Source: a virus
Lineage: Duplodnaviria > Caudoviricetes
Direction: 5' to 3' (one strand)
Length of the DNA: 64,000 nt
Virus record (IMG/VR): IMGVR_UViG_3300033066_002300
Location: 1 to 64,000 of that record
Under the pieces are notes generated by a model. The model saw only the letters and a program-made list of their open reading frames with translations, searched no databases and had not been told where the DNA came from. The translations under genes and the position numbers were made by a program. This document shows positions 9,281-18,122 of this stretch, one piece after another. Within the stretch, counting starts at the first letter, position 1, and each line of letters starts with the position of its first letter.

Positions 9281-10305
9281 TATTCTCTAATTAAAGTTTT
9301 TTTATTTTCGCTCTTAGCCTGATGTTGTAAATCAGCAACAGTATCACTTTCATCCATAATTTCAATTTTCAATAACTCTTCAATAATATCTTCAAGAGTT
9401 ACAACTCCAGAGAGAGAATTAAAATCATCATAAACAAAAGCCATGTGTGTTTTCTCCTTAATTAATAATTTCATTAAGGCATCCAATTTCATAGTCTCAG
9501 CAATAGACATAATTTTTTCCTTACGACACATCTCAGATACTGTTTTAGCTAAATCTGTGTCATAATTTAATAAATCTTTTGCAAATAAAATACCTATGAT
9601 ATTATCACGTGTATCTTCATACACTGGAATACGTGAATAATGTTCACTTTTAATTTTTTCTAATATTTCAAAATTTAAAACTGTCTTAGCCTCTAATCTA
9701 AACAATGTTACAACAGGAGTAATCACATCAATAGCTTTTTTCTCTGATAAATCCATAGCTCCAGAAACAATTCGTTGCTCATCAGAATTAATAGTCTCAC
9801 CAACATGCTCTTCCATTATGGCATTTAATTCTTCTTTGTCATAATGTTCTTTTATTTCTTCTCCTAAAATACGGTCTAAAACCATTGAAATAGGTTTCAT
9901 AAGAGGCCATAATAATTTTAAAAATATTTTAACAAGCCAAGTTAATTTAGCAGCAAACTCGAAAGCATATTTTGAAAATAAAGCTTGTGGCAAAATTTCT
10001 GCAAATAAAAATATAGCTGTAGCAGTAACAAAAGCTATAATTACACCTAAATAATTATTTGACTCACTTTCAGGAGCAACTTTATTCATTAAAGTTGTAA
10101 CAACAACATTAATCAATGTATTTGCAAAATTTAAAGTACAGATTAATAGATTTCCATTTTTTCTAATCTCATAAATTTTTTCTGCATCTTTATTTCCTAA
10201 CTTTATCTTTCTCTCAAGATAATTAGTATCAAGCTTAAGTAAGCCTATTGTAAGACCAGAAAATATTGCGGACAGTGCTAATAAAAAAATAATAATTGCT
10301 ATCAT
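9280..10305 (-). CDS. CNNM/DUF21 + CBS-pair membrane protein (CorB/CorC-like Mg2+ transporter)
   Basis: LSAIFSGL, AEILPQ, YSRIPVY, GVVTLEDIIEELL. Confidence 0.9.
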   Translation of the reverse strand: MIAIIIFLLALSAIFSGLTIGLLKLDTNYLERKIKLGNKDAEKIYEIRKNGNLLICTLNFANTLINVVVTTLMNKVAPESESNNYLGVIIAFVTATAIFLFAEILPQALFSKYAFEFAAKLTWLVKIFLKLLWPLMKPISMVLDRILGEEIKEHYDKEELNAIMEEHVGETINSDEQRIVSGAMDLSEKKAIDVITPVVTLFRLEAKTVLNFEILEKIKSEHYSRIPVYEDTRDNIIGILFAKDLLNYDTDLAKTVSEMCRKEKIMSIAETMKLDALMKLLIKEKTHMAFVYDDFNSLSGVVTLEDIIEELLKIEIMDESDTVADLQHQAKSENKKTLIRE

Positions 10306-10311
10306 AACTAT

Positions 10312-10340
10312 TTATACGATAAATTTATAAAATAGTTTCA
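10312..10340 (-). promoter_or_regulatory. ECF-sigma-like promoter TGAAAC-N16-CGTATAA
   Basis: exact spacing; 6 nt before ATG of the CNNM gene. Confidence 0.75.
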
Positions 10341-11170
10341 CCAAAATCCTCTTCCTCTGAAAAAATAGAAAGAATAGGTTCTTCATCAAAGAAAATAACT
10401 CTATCTTTATTTTTAATCTTATTAAAAATAGGGAATTCAATATCTTTAATTACATTTCTCTCTATAACCAAATCAGGATTCTTATGAGCATTATGCAAAG
10501 GAGGAAGAGAAGCTAATTCTTCCGTTGTAAATGGTTTAGAAGTTACAATTCTCTTTACATAAGAGCCTCTCTTATATTTAACTGGAAGGTCATTCCAATT
10601 AACACCTTTTTCATTCATCATTTTATCCTGCATCTGACTACCATTTAAATTTTGAAGGTCTTCATGTGGAAAAAGGCTTTGAGCAAGCATAGAGATACTA
10701 TTTTTAGTTGCATCATTTTCTCTCCATAATAATTGAATAGCGGCATCATGCAATGTAGGTGTTTGATAAATCCTACAATCAAAATTTGCTATCTTATTAT
10801 GATTAGGAAGAAACTCTTTTCTTGTATCATTAAAATATGGAGTTAACTTTCCAGTTAGCTTAGATAATATTTTTTGTTTTTTACCATCATTATAAATAGC
10901 ACTTTTTCTGTCACCAGAATAAAGAATAAGCGTAATTTCATCACTTTGAGTATATCCAACTACAGCATTTGTCTCATGAACAAGCATTTTTGTTGTATCA
11001 ATCATAAGATTACTGAGATTTTCATCAAATGGTCTTTTAAGGCCCTTTGTCCAATTATGAAAATTGTTTCCATCCAGTCTAATAATTACTGGCAGAGTAG
11101 GTATCATTATTTCTGGGGAGAAATTTTTCTCAAGCCACTTGCACCAATCTGATAAATTTTTGAAGTTCAT
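10325..11170 (-). CDS. thg1: tRNA(His) guanylyltransferase Thg1-like protein
   Basis: IIRLDGNNFH, GYTQSDEITL, FDCR, WRENDATKNSISMLAQ, W..LP...KRG. Confidence 0.92.
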   Translation of the reverse strand: MNFKNLSDWCKWLEKNFSPEIMIPTLPVIIRLDGNNFHNWTKGLKRPFDENLSNLMIDTTKMLVHETNAVVGYTQSDEITLILYSGDRKSAIYNDGKKQKILSKLTGKLTPYFNDTRKEFLPNHNKIANFDCRIYQTPTLHDAAIQLLWRENDATKNSISMLAQSLFPHEDLQNLNGSQMQDKMMNEKGVNWNDLPVKYKRGSYVKRIVTSKPFTTEELASLPPLHNAHKNPDLVIERNVIKDIEFPIFNKIKNKDRVIFFDEEPILSIFSEEEDFGETIL

Positions 11171-11174
11171 TAGT

Positions 11175-11936
11175 TTATTGTTTTAATTTCCATTTGTATC
11201 CATATGCTGTTTTAAGCTTTCCGCTTAAACATTCATAAATTTTATTTCTTGCCCCATCTCTTAGCCCTAAAGCTTTTTCTGCCTCTAAAGCAGTTTCAAA
11301 AACTTTAATTACTTTTTCTGTTTTTTTATCTACTTGTTCAATGTTTTTATAAGTAATTTTCATTTGATTTTTTATACGAGGCTTCATAAATTCCTCTTTT
11401 GTATAAGACCAAATTGAATTACCCCAGGTACCGCCTTTTTTTATTGAAGTAGATATATTAGTAGGTTGCTTCAAACCAATATCAACACTTGATATACTTT
11501 CCCACTCTCTAACAAAAACTCCATCTAATGTATACTGATAAACCTTTTTTCTTGCCCATGGTTTAGAAATATTTTTATCAGCAAAATTATTAACTCCCTC
11601 TCCTCCATCTGTCAAATTAGCTAATATACCTGTACCATCATCTATTCTACCAAAAAATTTAATAAACTCCGCTTCTATTTTTATTGCCTCTTCATTTGTC
11701 AAATTTTCATAAATTCTAATATGAATTGGTTCTTCTCCAGTTGCTTTTATTATTTGTTTAATGATATTATTTTTATGAGATTTTTTCTTAAGATTAGAGG
11801 GATATAAATGTGATTTTTCTCTTTTCTTTTTACCTTTGCCTACATAAAAAGGCTGATATTCAAATACATTATCATTAAACGTCCAAATCCCTTCCTTTAA
11901 CTGATTTAAATAAACATAAACGTAGTAGTTTTCCAT
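11175..11936 (-). CDS. GIY-YIG homing endonuclease with NUMOD1-like repeats
   Basis: YYVYVY...FYVGKGK..R...NLTDGGEG; VYQYTLDG; KTAYGYKW. Confidence 0.88.
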   Translation of the reverse strand: MENYYVYVYLNQLKEGIWTFNDNVFEYQPFYVGKGKKKREKSHLYPSNLKKKSHKNNIIKQIIKATGEEPIHIRIYENLTNEEAIKIEAEFIKFFGRIDDGTGILANLTDGGEGVNNFADKNISKPWARKKVYQYTLDGVFVREWESISSVDIGLKQPTNISTSIKKGGTWGNSIWSYTKEEFMKPRIKNQMKITYKNIEQVDKKTEKVIKVFETALEAEKALGLRDGARNKIYECLSGKLKTAYGYKWKLKQ

Positions 11937-11984
11937 AATTATCTTTTTTAGATAAATATGGGAGAAAATTACAAACGCTACATT

Positions 11985-12023
11985 TTAATATTTACACCAT
12001 TCACCAAGATTTTTAAATTCCAT
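11985..12023 (-). pseudogene. orphan 5' stub of thg1 (MEFKNLGEWCKY*)
   Basis: Matches Thg1 N-terminus MNFKNLSDWCKW; lies on the far side of the endonuclease. Confidence 0.8.
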
Positions 12024-12225
12024 TTTTTCTTCTTTCTAATTCTTTTTTCATACCATCAATTTTTTCAGACCACTCCTCATCAGAATCGCACTGAATCTCT
12101 ATAGGATAAACATTAAAATCTCTGTTTAGGTCTGTACTACCAATATAAGCCATTTCACCGCCATTAAATTTCATATCTAATGACATTAATTCATCGCATC
12201 GTTTAGTTGTTTTCTCGTCGGTCAT
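12013..12225 (-). CDS. hypothetical protein
   Basis: ORF in operon. Confidence 0.55.
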   Translation of the reverse strand: MTDEKTTKRCDELMSLDMKFNGGEMAYIGSTDLNRDFNVYPIEIQCDSDEEWSEKIDGMKKELERRKNGI

Positions 12226-12228
12226 AAT

Positions 12229-12828
12229 TTATTTCCAGATATCTTTATTTTTAATAAAATCAACAATATCATCAACAGAATCTATGGCTTGATTTTGAAG
12301 TTTTTCAAAAAGTTCGCCCATTTCCGTTACTTTGATTTCCTTATCTCTAATAGCCTTCAATACCTGCATATAACCATATATTGGAGACATCTTGTTTCTA
12401 AGCTTTGCAATAGGAGTCTCTGTCAATTCAGTGTGTCTAAATGGCTCAATAAACACTTCAAAATTTTCAACTGTATATTCTTCAGGAAATCTATTATAAA
12501 AAATAGAAGTAGAGTTACTTTGCAAGCCTAATGGTAATTCTTTTGGATTTACAGTTTTATGAAAAACCTTAAACCAACGTTTTACATGAACAATAACAAA
12601 ATCTCCATCAACTTGTTTATCTTCACTTCTAAGAAATTTTTGAAGTGATTCTCCACTTATTTCATTATGTTTGATAATAAGATGCTCTCTGTCAATCTTT
12701 GTGTCAATACCGATAATTTCTCCTACTTCTGGAACTTTTGTGCATTCAGTAGTTAATAAATGAACTGCAGGAGGGCTATCATCTCCAGGTTCTTTAAGCC
12801 AATATGAAATTTTTGATTTATCCGACAT
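12229..12828 (-). CDS. hypothetical protein
   Basis: ORF in operon. Confidence 0.6.
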   Translation of the reverse strand: MSDKSKISYWLKEPGDDSPPAVHLLTTECTKVPEVGEIIGIDTKIDREHLIIKHNEISGESLQKFLRSEDKQVDGDFVIVHVKRWFKVFHKTVNPKELPLGLQSNSTSIFYNRFPEEYTVENFEVFIEPFRHTELTETPIAKLRNKMSPIYGYMQVLKAIRDKEIKVTEMGELFEKLQNQAIDSVDDIVDFIKNKDIWK

Positions 12829-13459
12829 TTTCTTCTGGTTTTACAAGTGATTTTAATTTTTCTTCAAGTTCAACTTTAAGTGGAAGATATTTTTCCTTAT
12901 AATAGCTCCATTCAAATTCATCGCAATCCATCATTTCTTCATACAAAGTATTTCCTACTGAGAAATCAACTATTTTTCCATGCTCAATAATTTGAGCTGC
13001 AAACATAAGCATTCTCATAGAATGGAAAATACCTTTCACTCCTTTTGTAATATTTCCATCTCTAATTTTCATCTTACCATTAAACCAACTTGATTGTGAT
13101 TGAGTAAGATTATTCTTAATTAATTTCTTTGCATTTACTTCTCTTGAATAACTAGACTTTTCTTGTAAGATTGCCCACTCTGGAGCAAACACAGCCTCAA
13201 GATTCATGATATCATGTTTCTGCAATGCTTGTTTAAAAACATCTGGTGTATAGACATGCACATTAAGCTTAACTCCATTTAAAGTTAATCTTTTCTCTTC
13301 ATGAGGCAATAATGCGCCAGCTACCATAACAATATCGTAATCAGAGCCTTCATGGGCACTTCCGTATACTTGGGAACCATAAATAAAAATGTCTCTAATT
13401 TTCAATTTATTTATTCCAACTGCCTCAATTAATTCTTCTTTAGTAAAAGGTAGTTTCAT
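12818..13459 (-). CDS. Pol-beta superfamily nucleotidyltransferase
   Basis: YGSQVYG....SDYDIV with helical C-terminal domain. Confidence 0.85.
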   Translation of the reverse strand: MKLPFTKEELIEAVGINKLKIRDIFIYGSQVYGSAHEGSDYDIVMVAGALLPHEEKRLTLNGVKLNVHVYTPDVFKQALQKHDIMNLEAVFAPEWAILQEKSSYSREVNAKKLIKNNLTQSQSSWFNGKMKIRDGNITKGVKGIFHSMRMLMFAAQIIEHGKIVDFSVGNTLYEEMMDCDEFEWSYYKEKYLPLKVELEEKLKSLVKPEENVG

Positions 13460-13464
13460 ATTTT

Positions 13465-13740
13465 TTATCTTTGAGCTTGAAAATCTAATTGAATATGAAA
13501 GGGCTTAGCAATATCTATTTCTATCACTCCAAGCTCTTTACACTTTTTTGTTTGTAAGCACCACTGTTTAAACTTTTTAACATTCGAGTAACCATCAGTA
13601 GGTCTTCTAGTAAATATATTAACACCATCTACTACTAATTGATACTCAGTATACGATGGAGACTTCCTTGTTAAAGGGTCTCTTTGATAACGCATCCTAT
13701 ATACGTTAATAATTGCTTTTGGGTTTTTTAAATTACTCAT
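13465..13740 (-). CDS. hypothetical protein
   Basis: ORF in operon. Confidence 0.55.
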   Translation of the reverse strand: MSNLKNPKAIINVYRMRYQRDPLTRKSPSYTEYQLVVDGVNIFTRRPTDGYSNVKKFKQWCLQTKKCKELGVIEIDIAKPFHIQLDFQAQR

Positions 13741-13752
13741 TTATTATAATTT

Positions 13753-13900
13753 TGGTGAATCGCATGGGAATCGAACCCAATAACTTCCCTATCCTTATAA
13801 CCTATTTGCATTAGTATTAAAAGTATTCAGGTTAACCATTATATTATTGAATATAAGATAGTCAAATGCATTTTTTCTATCAATTCTCAATATGCAACTC
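13753..13900 (-). ncRNA. 148-nt tRNA-like RNA with acceptor stem, T-arm and encoded CCA but expanded middle
   Basis: 5' GAGTTGCA pairs with 3' TGCGATTC-ACCA; T-arm TGGG-TTCGATT-CCCA. Confidence 0.6.
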
Positions 13901-13909
13901 AAATTTTTA

Positions 13910-14051
13910 TGTAGGTCGTCAGGGACTCGAACCCAGATACCTTCTGATTACAGAACGCTATTGAAATACTTGCGTTTATTTCCACCTGTATACAGTGGCG
14001 GGAATTTATACCCTTGCGAAGAATTTCATTTACCTATTCAGCTATCAGCCT
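13910..14051 (-). ncRNA. ~140-nt tRNA-like RNA (3' half resembles tRNA-Thr)
   Basis: T-arm GGG-TTCGAGT-CCC; CTGTAATCAGAAGGT; imperfect acceptor; extra internal hairpins. Confidence 0.5.
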
Positions 14052-14052
14052 A

Positions 14053-14118
14053 TGTGGCAATGCTGGGAGTTCCGCCCAACCTCCTGGACACCTAAGCATC
14101 CTGGAACATACGATTGCC
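14053..14118 (-). ncRNA. 66-nt D-armless tRNA-like RNA
   Basis: GGCAAT/ATTGCC acceptor; GGATGC-TTAG-GTGTCC hairpin; TGGG-CGGAACT-CCCA T-like arm. Confidence 0.45.
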
Positions 14119-14119
14119 A

Positions 14120-14278
14120 TTATCTTTTTTCTTGTTTTACTTTTAGTCTTTTTTCAAATTCACCTGGATGTTTTTTGACTAAATGCATTGCAAGTCCCAT
14201 ATGAGAGAATCTACGATTATGCTTTTTGTCGCATCCTCTTACAGGACAAACAAATCCAACACTTGTATGTTGAGCCAT
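14120..14278 (-). CDS. 52-aa C2H2-type zinc-finger microprotein (not in track)
   Basis: F.CPVRGC-x15-HLVKKH; directly downstream of an ECF-like promoter. Confidence 0.65.
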   Translation of the reverse strand: MAQHTSVGFVCPVRGCDKKHNRRFSHMGLAMHLVKKHPGEFEKRLKVKQEKR

Positions 14279-14294
14279 ATTACCCATTACAAGC

Positions 14295-14323
14295 TTATAC
14301 GTTTTAAAAAGAAAAAGGTTTCA
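14295..14323 (-). promoter_or_regulatory. ECF-sigma-like promoter TGAAAC-N16-CGTATAA
   Basis: exact consensus; heads the Zn-finger/tRNA-like cluster. Confidence 0.75.
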
Positions 14324-14376
14324 TTTTTTTGTTTTTTCTTCCTATTTATTAAAAATGTAATACATGTAATACAAAT

Positions 14377-15339
14377 ATGATAAATTTAGAAAAACATATA
14401 GCCTATTCAAAAAGCCCAGAACTCTTTATGAAAGAATGTTGGTTGTCTTTTAATGCTTTTACTCATCAATTTGAGCATATTAAACCTTTTGATTATCAAA
14501 TAGATTTTATTAATAATATTCATAATAATAATTTTAATGCAATTGTTAAAAGCAGACAAATTCATTTAACGTCAATGATGGAAATATATATTGCTTGGTA
14601 TATATTATTTAACTATAATAAAGTAGTTGCTATTATGTCCCACAATCTTGATTCTGGTAAACGTATCTTAGATAATATAAAAATAATCCTACAAAATTAT
14701 TCTGCAGACGAAATAAAAGACGAAAAAGTTGTAAAAACTTATTTTCATTGGGAAGATGACTTTGTTAAAAACAATAAAACTGAACTTGAATTAACAAATG
14801 GTTGTCGTGTGAAAGTTCTTACTCCATCGTCTAATGCAGGAAGAGGAGAAACTTTAAATATGTTATTTATAGATGAAGCAGCTAATATTAAAGAGTTAGA
14901 ATATATCTGGATGGGCCTCGGAATGTCCTTATCTTATTTAAAAGATAGCAAAGCCATTATTGCTTCTACACCAAAAGACAATTCTTATTTTAATAAATTA
15001 TTTTTAAACACCTATAACAATGAAAATCATTTTAATTACATACGTCTCCATTGGACTATACATCCATTATACAAAAAAGGGATAGAAAAAATTGACAATA
15101 CTTATTATCAATATTCAAGTCCATGGTTTGAAGAAATGTGTAAACATCTCAATTATAATCAAAAAATTATACAACAAGAAATTGAATGTGTGATTAATTA
15201 CGCTGACCAAAATGAAAAGCAAAAAACCTTAAGTTTTAGAATGAGCACTGAACTATATAAAAAATTAGAAATAAAACTTAATGATAAATCAATTTCAGAG
15301 TATATTCGCAACTTAATAGAAAAAGATTTAAATAAATAA
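14377..15339 (+). CDS. terminase large-subunit ATPase-like domain (degenerate Walker A, no nuclease) fused to C-terminal RHH
   Basis: PFDYQ, KSRQIHLTS, GRGET, LFIDEAA, ASTP, LHWTIHP, QQEIEC; tail TLSFRMSTELYKKL...SISEYIRNLIEKDL. Confidence 0.75.
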   Translation: MINLEKHIAYSKSPELFMKECWLSFNAFTHQFEHIKPFDYQIDFINNIHNNNFNAIVKSRQIHLTSMMEIYIAWYILFNYNKVVAIMSHNLDSGKRILDNIKIILQNYSADEIKDEKVVKTYFHWEDDFVKNNKTELELTNGCRVKVLTPSSNAGRGETLNMLFIDEAANIKELEYIWMGLGMSLSYLKDSKAIIASTPKDNSYFNKLFLNTYNNENHFNYIRLHWTIHPLYKKGIEKIDNTYYQYSSPWFEEMCKHLNYNQKIIQQEIECVINYADQNEKQKTLSFRMSTELYKKLEIKLNDKSISEYIRNLIEKDLNK

Positions 15340-15343
15340 TTTC

Positions 15344-16009
15344 ATGGAAGAAAATATTATAATTTACTCTTTGACATGTCCTATAAAAAAAGAGGTAAAG
15401 TATATAGGCGTAACAAGAGAAAGGGTTGGTTTAAAAAAAAGACTTACGCAACATATTTGTGATAGAAATTCTAATATAAATAGAAAAAATAATTGGATAA
15501 GAAATTTATTCAATCAAAATTTAAGACCTATAATAGAGCCTGTTGATGTTGTGCCTTATTCTGAATGGTATATATGGGAATCTTATTACATATCTTTATT
15601 TAGAAGTTGGGGATTTGAACTATATAATATAAATCCAGGAGGGGAAAATCCTCCTGTTTTATATGGTGTTTTAAATCATAATTTTGGTAAAAAATTAAAA
15701 GAAGAGACAAAACAAAAAATCAGCAATACTTTAAAAGGACAGACTATTCCTGATAATGTAAAACAAAAAATAAGCAATTCTCTAAAAGGAAGAACAAAAA
15801 CGTTAGAAACATGCAAAAGAATAAGTATATCAAAAAAAGGTAAAAACGGCAAAGCCATAATATACATAAATATTTTTACAGGAGAAAATATAAAATTCAA
15901 TTCACTATCAGAATCAGCATTAACACTAAAAGTAAATGAGTCTACAATTAGACGCTCTATAAAAAACAACGCTCCAACAAAAAAAGGTTTTTATTGGAAG
16001 TTTCTTTAA
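15344..16009 (+). CDS. GIY-YIG homing endonuclease with NUMOD3 repeats
   Basis: IYSL...YIGVT...RL..H...E...N...GG; EETKQKIS repeats. Confidence 0.85.
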   Translation: MEENIIIYSLTCPIKKEVKYIGVTRERVGLKKRLTQHICDRNSNINRKNNWIRNLFNQNLRPIIEPVDVVPYSEWYIWESYYISLFRSWGFELYNINPGGENPPVLYGVLNHNFGKKLKEETKQKISNTLKGQTIPDNVKQKISNSLKGRTKTLETCKRISISKKGKNGKAIIYINIFTGENIKFNSLSESALTLKVNESTIRRSIKNNAPTKKGFYWKFL

Positions 16010-16905
16010 ACTTTATTTTGAATGTAAGGAGAAATAATTTGAACAATGTCGAAATAAGTTTGAGATATTTTTATTTTGTCTGCTAATATATTTTTATACA
16101 CCAAAGCTTCTGGATTATAAAACAAATAACTTATTATTCCAAAAGAATTTTCATTATCATCTTCAAGGGTATTATCTACTTTGTTTACAATCAATTTAAC
16201 ATCCTTTAAAATGTTATTATTAGCAATTAAATGCTCATTTGCAGATTTCATCAAATCAAAAGAAGTCATATAATTTGCAATTATACATCCGCCATAAAAA
16301 CCTCCATATAATGATATTTCAGAAATTCTTTTATTAACTATTTGGCTATTATTACTTAAATCTAAGCACGAAACAGCAAAAGTATTATTTACAAGCTTTA
16401 TTTCTTGCAAAGTTGATAACAATAAAGTTGTATCTATAAACTTGTTTGTTAAAATGCTTTTTCCTTCATCGCCTTGCATTATAGAATCTACACCTCCATC
16501 AACTAATATGATTGCTTCAATATTTAAATGTGCGATTAGTCGTTGAAAGGCCCTTTTTAATTCTTGTACATAAGTTCTATTAAACATCCAGACTGTTACA
16601 TCTTGGTTTGTTGCTACTTTAAAAAATTGACTCAAATATCCTTCAACAAAATTTTTTGAAGGAGTTTTTATAATATGATTTACACCTATCAAGCAACTAT
16701 CTAAAACTATTGGGTCTGAATGCTCATTAATTATTTTAAAATCTGTATGACTTAAATTTGCAAGATGAGGTTTTTTACCTTGCTTAAGCAAAGTATAATA
16801 AAGCGGTAAGCCACATAACACATCGCTGCCACCTCCAGCTCCAACAATCAAAATATTATTTAGATTTTCAAGCCTCTTATTTATTGGTATAGGTAAATTA
16901 AGCAT
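16006..16905 (-). CDS. DUF1152-family protein
   Basis: GAGGGSDV..GLPLY, ILVDGGVDSIM.GDE. Confidence 0.75.
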   Translation of the reverse strand: MLNLPIPINKRLENLNNILIVGAGGGSDVLCGLPLYYTLLKQGKKPHLANLSHTDFKIINEHSDPIVLDSCLIGVNHIIKTPSKNFVEGYLSQFFKVATNQDVTVWMFNRTYVQELKRAFQRLIAHLNIEAIILVDGGVDSIMQGDEGKSILTNKFIDTTLLLSTLQEIKLVNNTFAVSCLDLSNNSQIVNKRISEISLYGGFYGGCIIANYMTSFDLMKSANEHLIANNNILKDVKLIVNKVDNTLEDDNENSFGIISYLFYNPEALVYKNILADKIKISQTYFDIVQIISPYIQNKV

Positions 16906-16910
16906 AATAA

Positions 16911-17528
16911 TTATTTTTTATGAAATTCTTCTTGACATTCATCAGAACAAAAATGCATAGCAACAGCACCTTCCATGTCAGTATAAAAAGTCCAAAATTT
17001 ATTTTTACATTGTGGGCATTCTACTACAACATCGTCACTTGCCAACAACTCCTTTTTAAGATTTTCTCTGAGCTCAGTTAAAACTTCTCCAAGCCAATTA
17101 GTTCCTGGCCACTTATCTGGAGACATTTTCTTTGCTGTAGCTTCATCAATTCCAATTCCCCATATTGCATCATTAGGAGCAGCTTCCACAAGCAATGTAT
17201 CTCCAGTACTCATTAATGCATGGTGATTATTTGCATTTTGTTTAAACTTTGCATAATTTCCATCATATACAAATTTCTTACAATTTGCTTCCCAAATATC
17301 CTTATTGAATCCTGATACTTCTCTTCCTTTTTGTTTTGCATCTCTTGGCTCTTCACACAATAAAACTTCAGCAGCCTTATCTTTATCCCCAAAAAGCATA
17401 GCCTTAGACCACATCATATAATGTTCTGCAGTCTTATAATAGATATTATCTACATAAAACCCTGAAGCGTGCCACTGAGAAAATGGAGATTTGCTTCTCC
17501 AAAAAAAAGTATATTGTTTATTTTCCAT
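16911..17528 (-). CDS. NADAR (YbiA/RibX-like) ADP-ribose N-glycosidase with C-terminal Zn ribbon
   Basis: FSQW, TAEHYMMWSKA.LFGD, LVEAAP.D.IWGIG, G.NWLG; CPQC...CSDEC; start re-called. Confidence 0.9.
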   Translation of the reverse strand: MENKQYTFFWRSKSPFSQWHASGFYVDNIYYKTAEHYMMWSKAMLFGDKDKAAEVLLCEEPRDAKQKGREVSGFNKDIWEANCKKFVYDGNYAKFKQNANNHHALMSTGDTLLVEAAPNDAIWGIGIDEATAKKMSPDKWPGTNWLGEVLTELRENLKKELLASDDVVVECPQCKNKFWTFYTDMEGAVAMHFCSDECQEEFHKK

Positions 17529-17532
17529 TTTA

Positions 17533-17772
17533 TTATTCATCTTTTGTAGATTCTTGTGCCTCTTCCTTTTTCTCAAAAGCATCCGCCAATTTTTCCACAC
17601 CCATAAATGAAGCAAGCGGACTATTTTTAGTCATAACCTCAAATGACATCTGCATAGAAGGAGTATCATTTTTAACCATTGTACCTAATAGCTCAATAGT
17701 ATCAAAATCTTTTTCTTCATTAAGCTTGATTAGCAATTGCATTAATCGCATATTTCTTTCTGATTCTTCCAT
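17533..17772 (-). CDS. hypothetical protein
   Basis: ORF in operon. Confidence 0.55.
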   Translation of the reverse strand: MEESERNMRLMQLLIKLNEEKDFDTIELLGTMVKNDTPSMQMSFEVMTKNSPLASFMGVEKLADAFEKKEEAQESTKDE

Positions 17773-17773
17773 C

Positions 17774-18121
17774 TTAATTTTTTTCTAAAGGTTTAATTTT
17801 TCTCCAATATTTTCTCCAAAAAGGATAAAGAAAAAACAATATAGCTCCTGTTAAAGCAGCATAAGCACTTGTCATTAAGAAAAAAGTTATCCACAAAAAT
17901 TCTTTAATAGCGAAGAACCAATTTAGCTTCCAATAACAATGAACGTCTGGAGTATCCAGTATTGCTTGTCTTTCTTGCATTCTATCTGCAACTTGCGCAT
18001 GAAGAAATGTAAAAAACACAGCAAGAGAACATACAATCTCTTGATATGTAAAAATTGTAAAAAAGAGCTGTGTAATTAACACAGCTCCTATTACAATTGC
18101 TTCATAATGCCAAGTTTTCAT
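17774..18121 (-). CDS. membrane protein
   Basis: start re-called to MKTWHYE; several TM stretches. Confidence 0.65.
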   Translation of the reverse strand: MKTWHYEAIVIGAVLITQLFFTIFTYQEIVCSLAVFFTFLHAQVADRMQERQAILDTPDVHCYWKLNWFFAIKEFLWITFFLMTSAYAALTGAILFFLYPFWRKYWRKIKPLEKN

Positions 18122-18122
18122 A

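Noticed and set aside
11175-11984. Group I intron around the thg1 endonuclease
   Set aside because: Only 4 nt and ~50 nt flank the ORF, too little for a ribozyme core, and thg1 has its own start codon.
13892-14380. Three short plus-strand ORFs
   Set aside because: Antisense to the tRNA-like RNAs, the zinc-finger ORF and a promoter.
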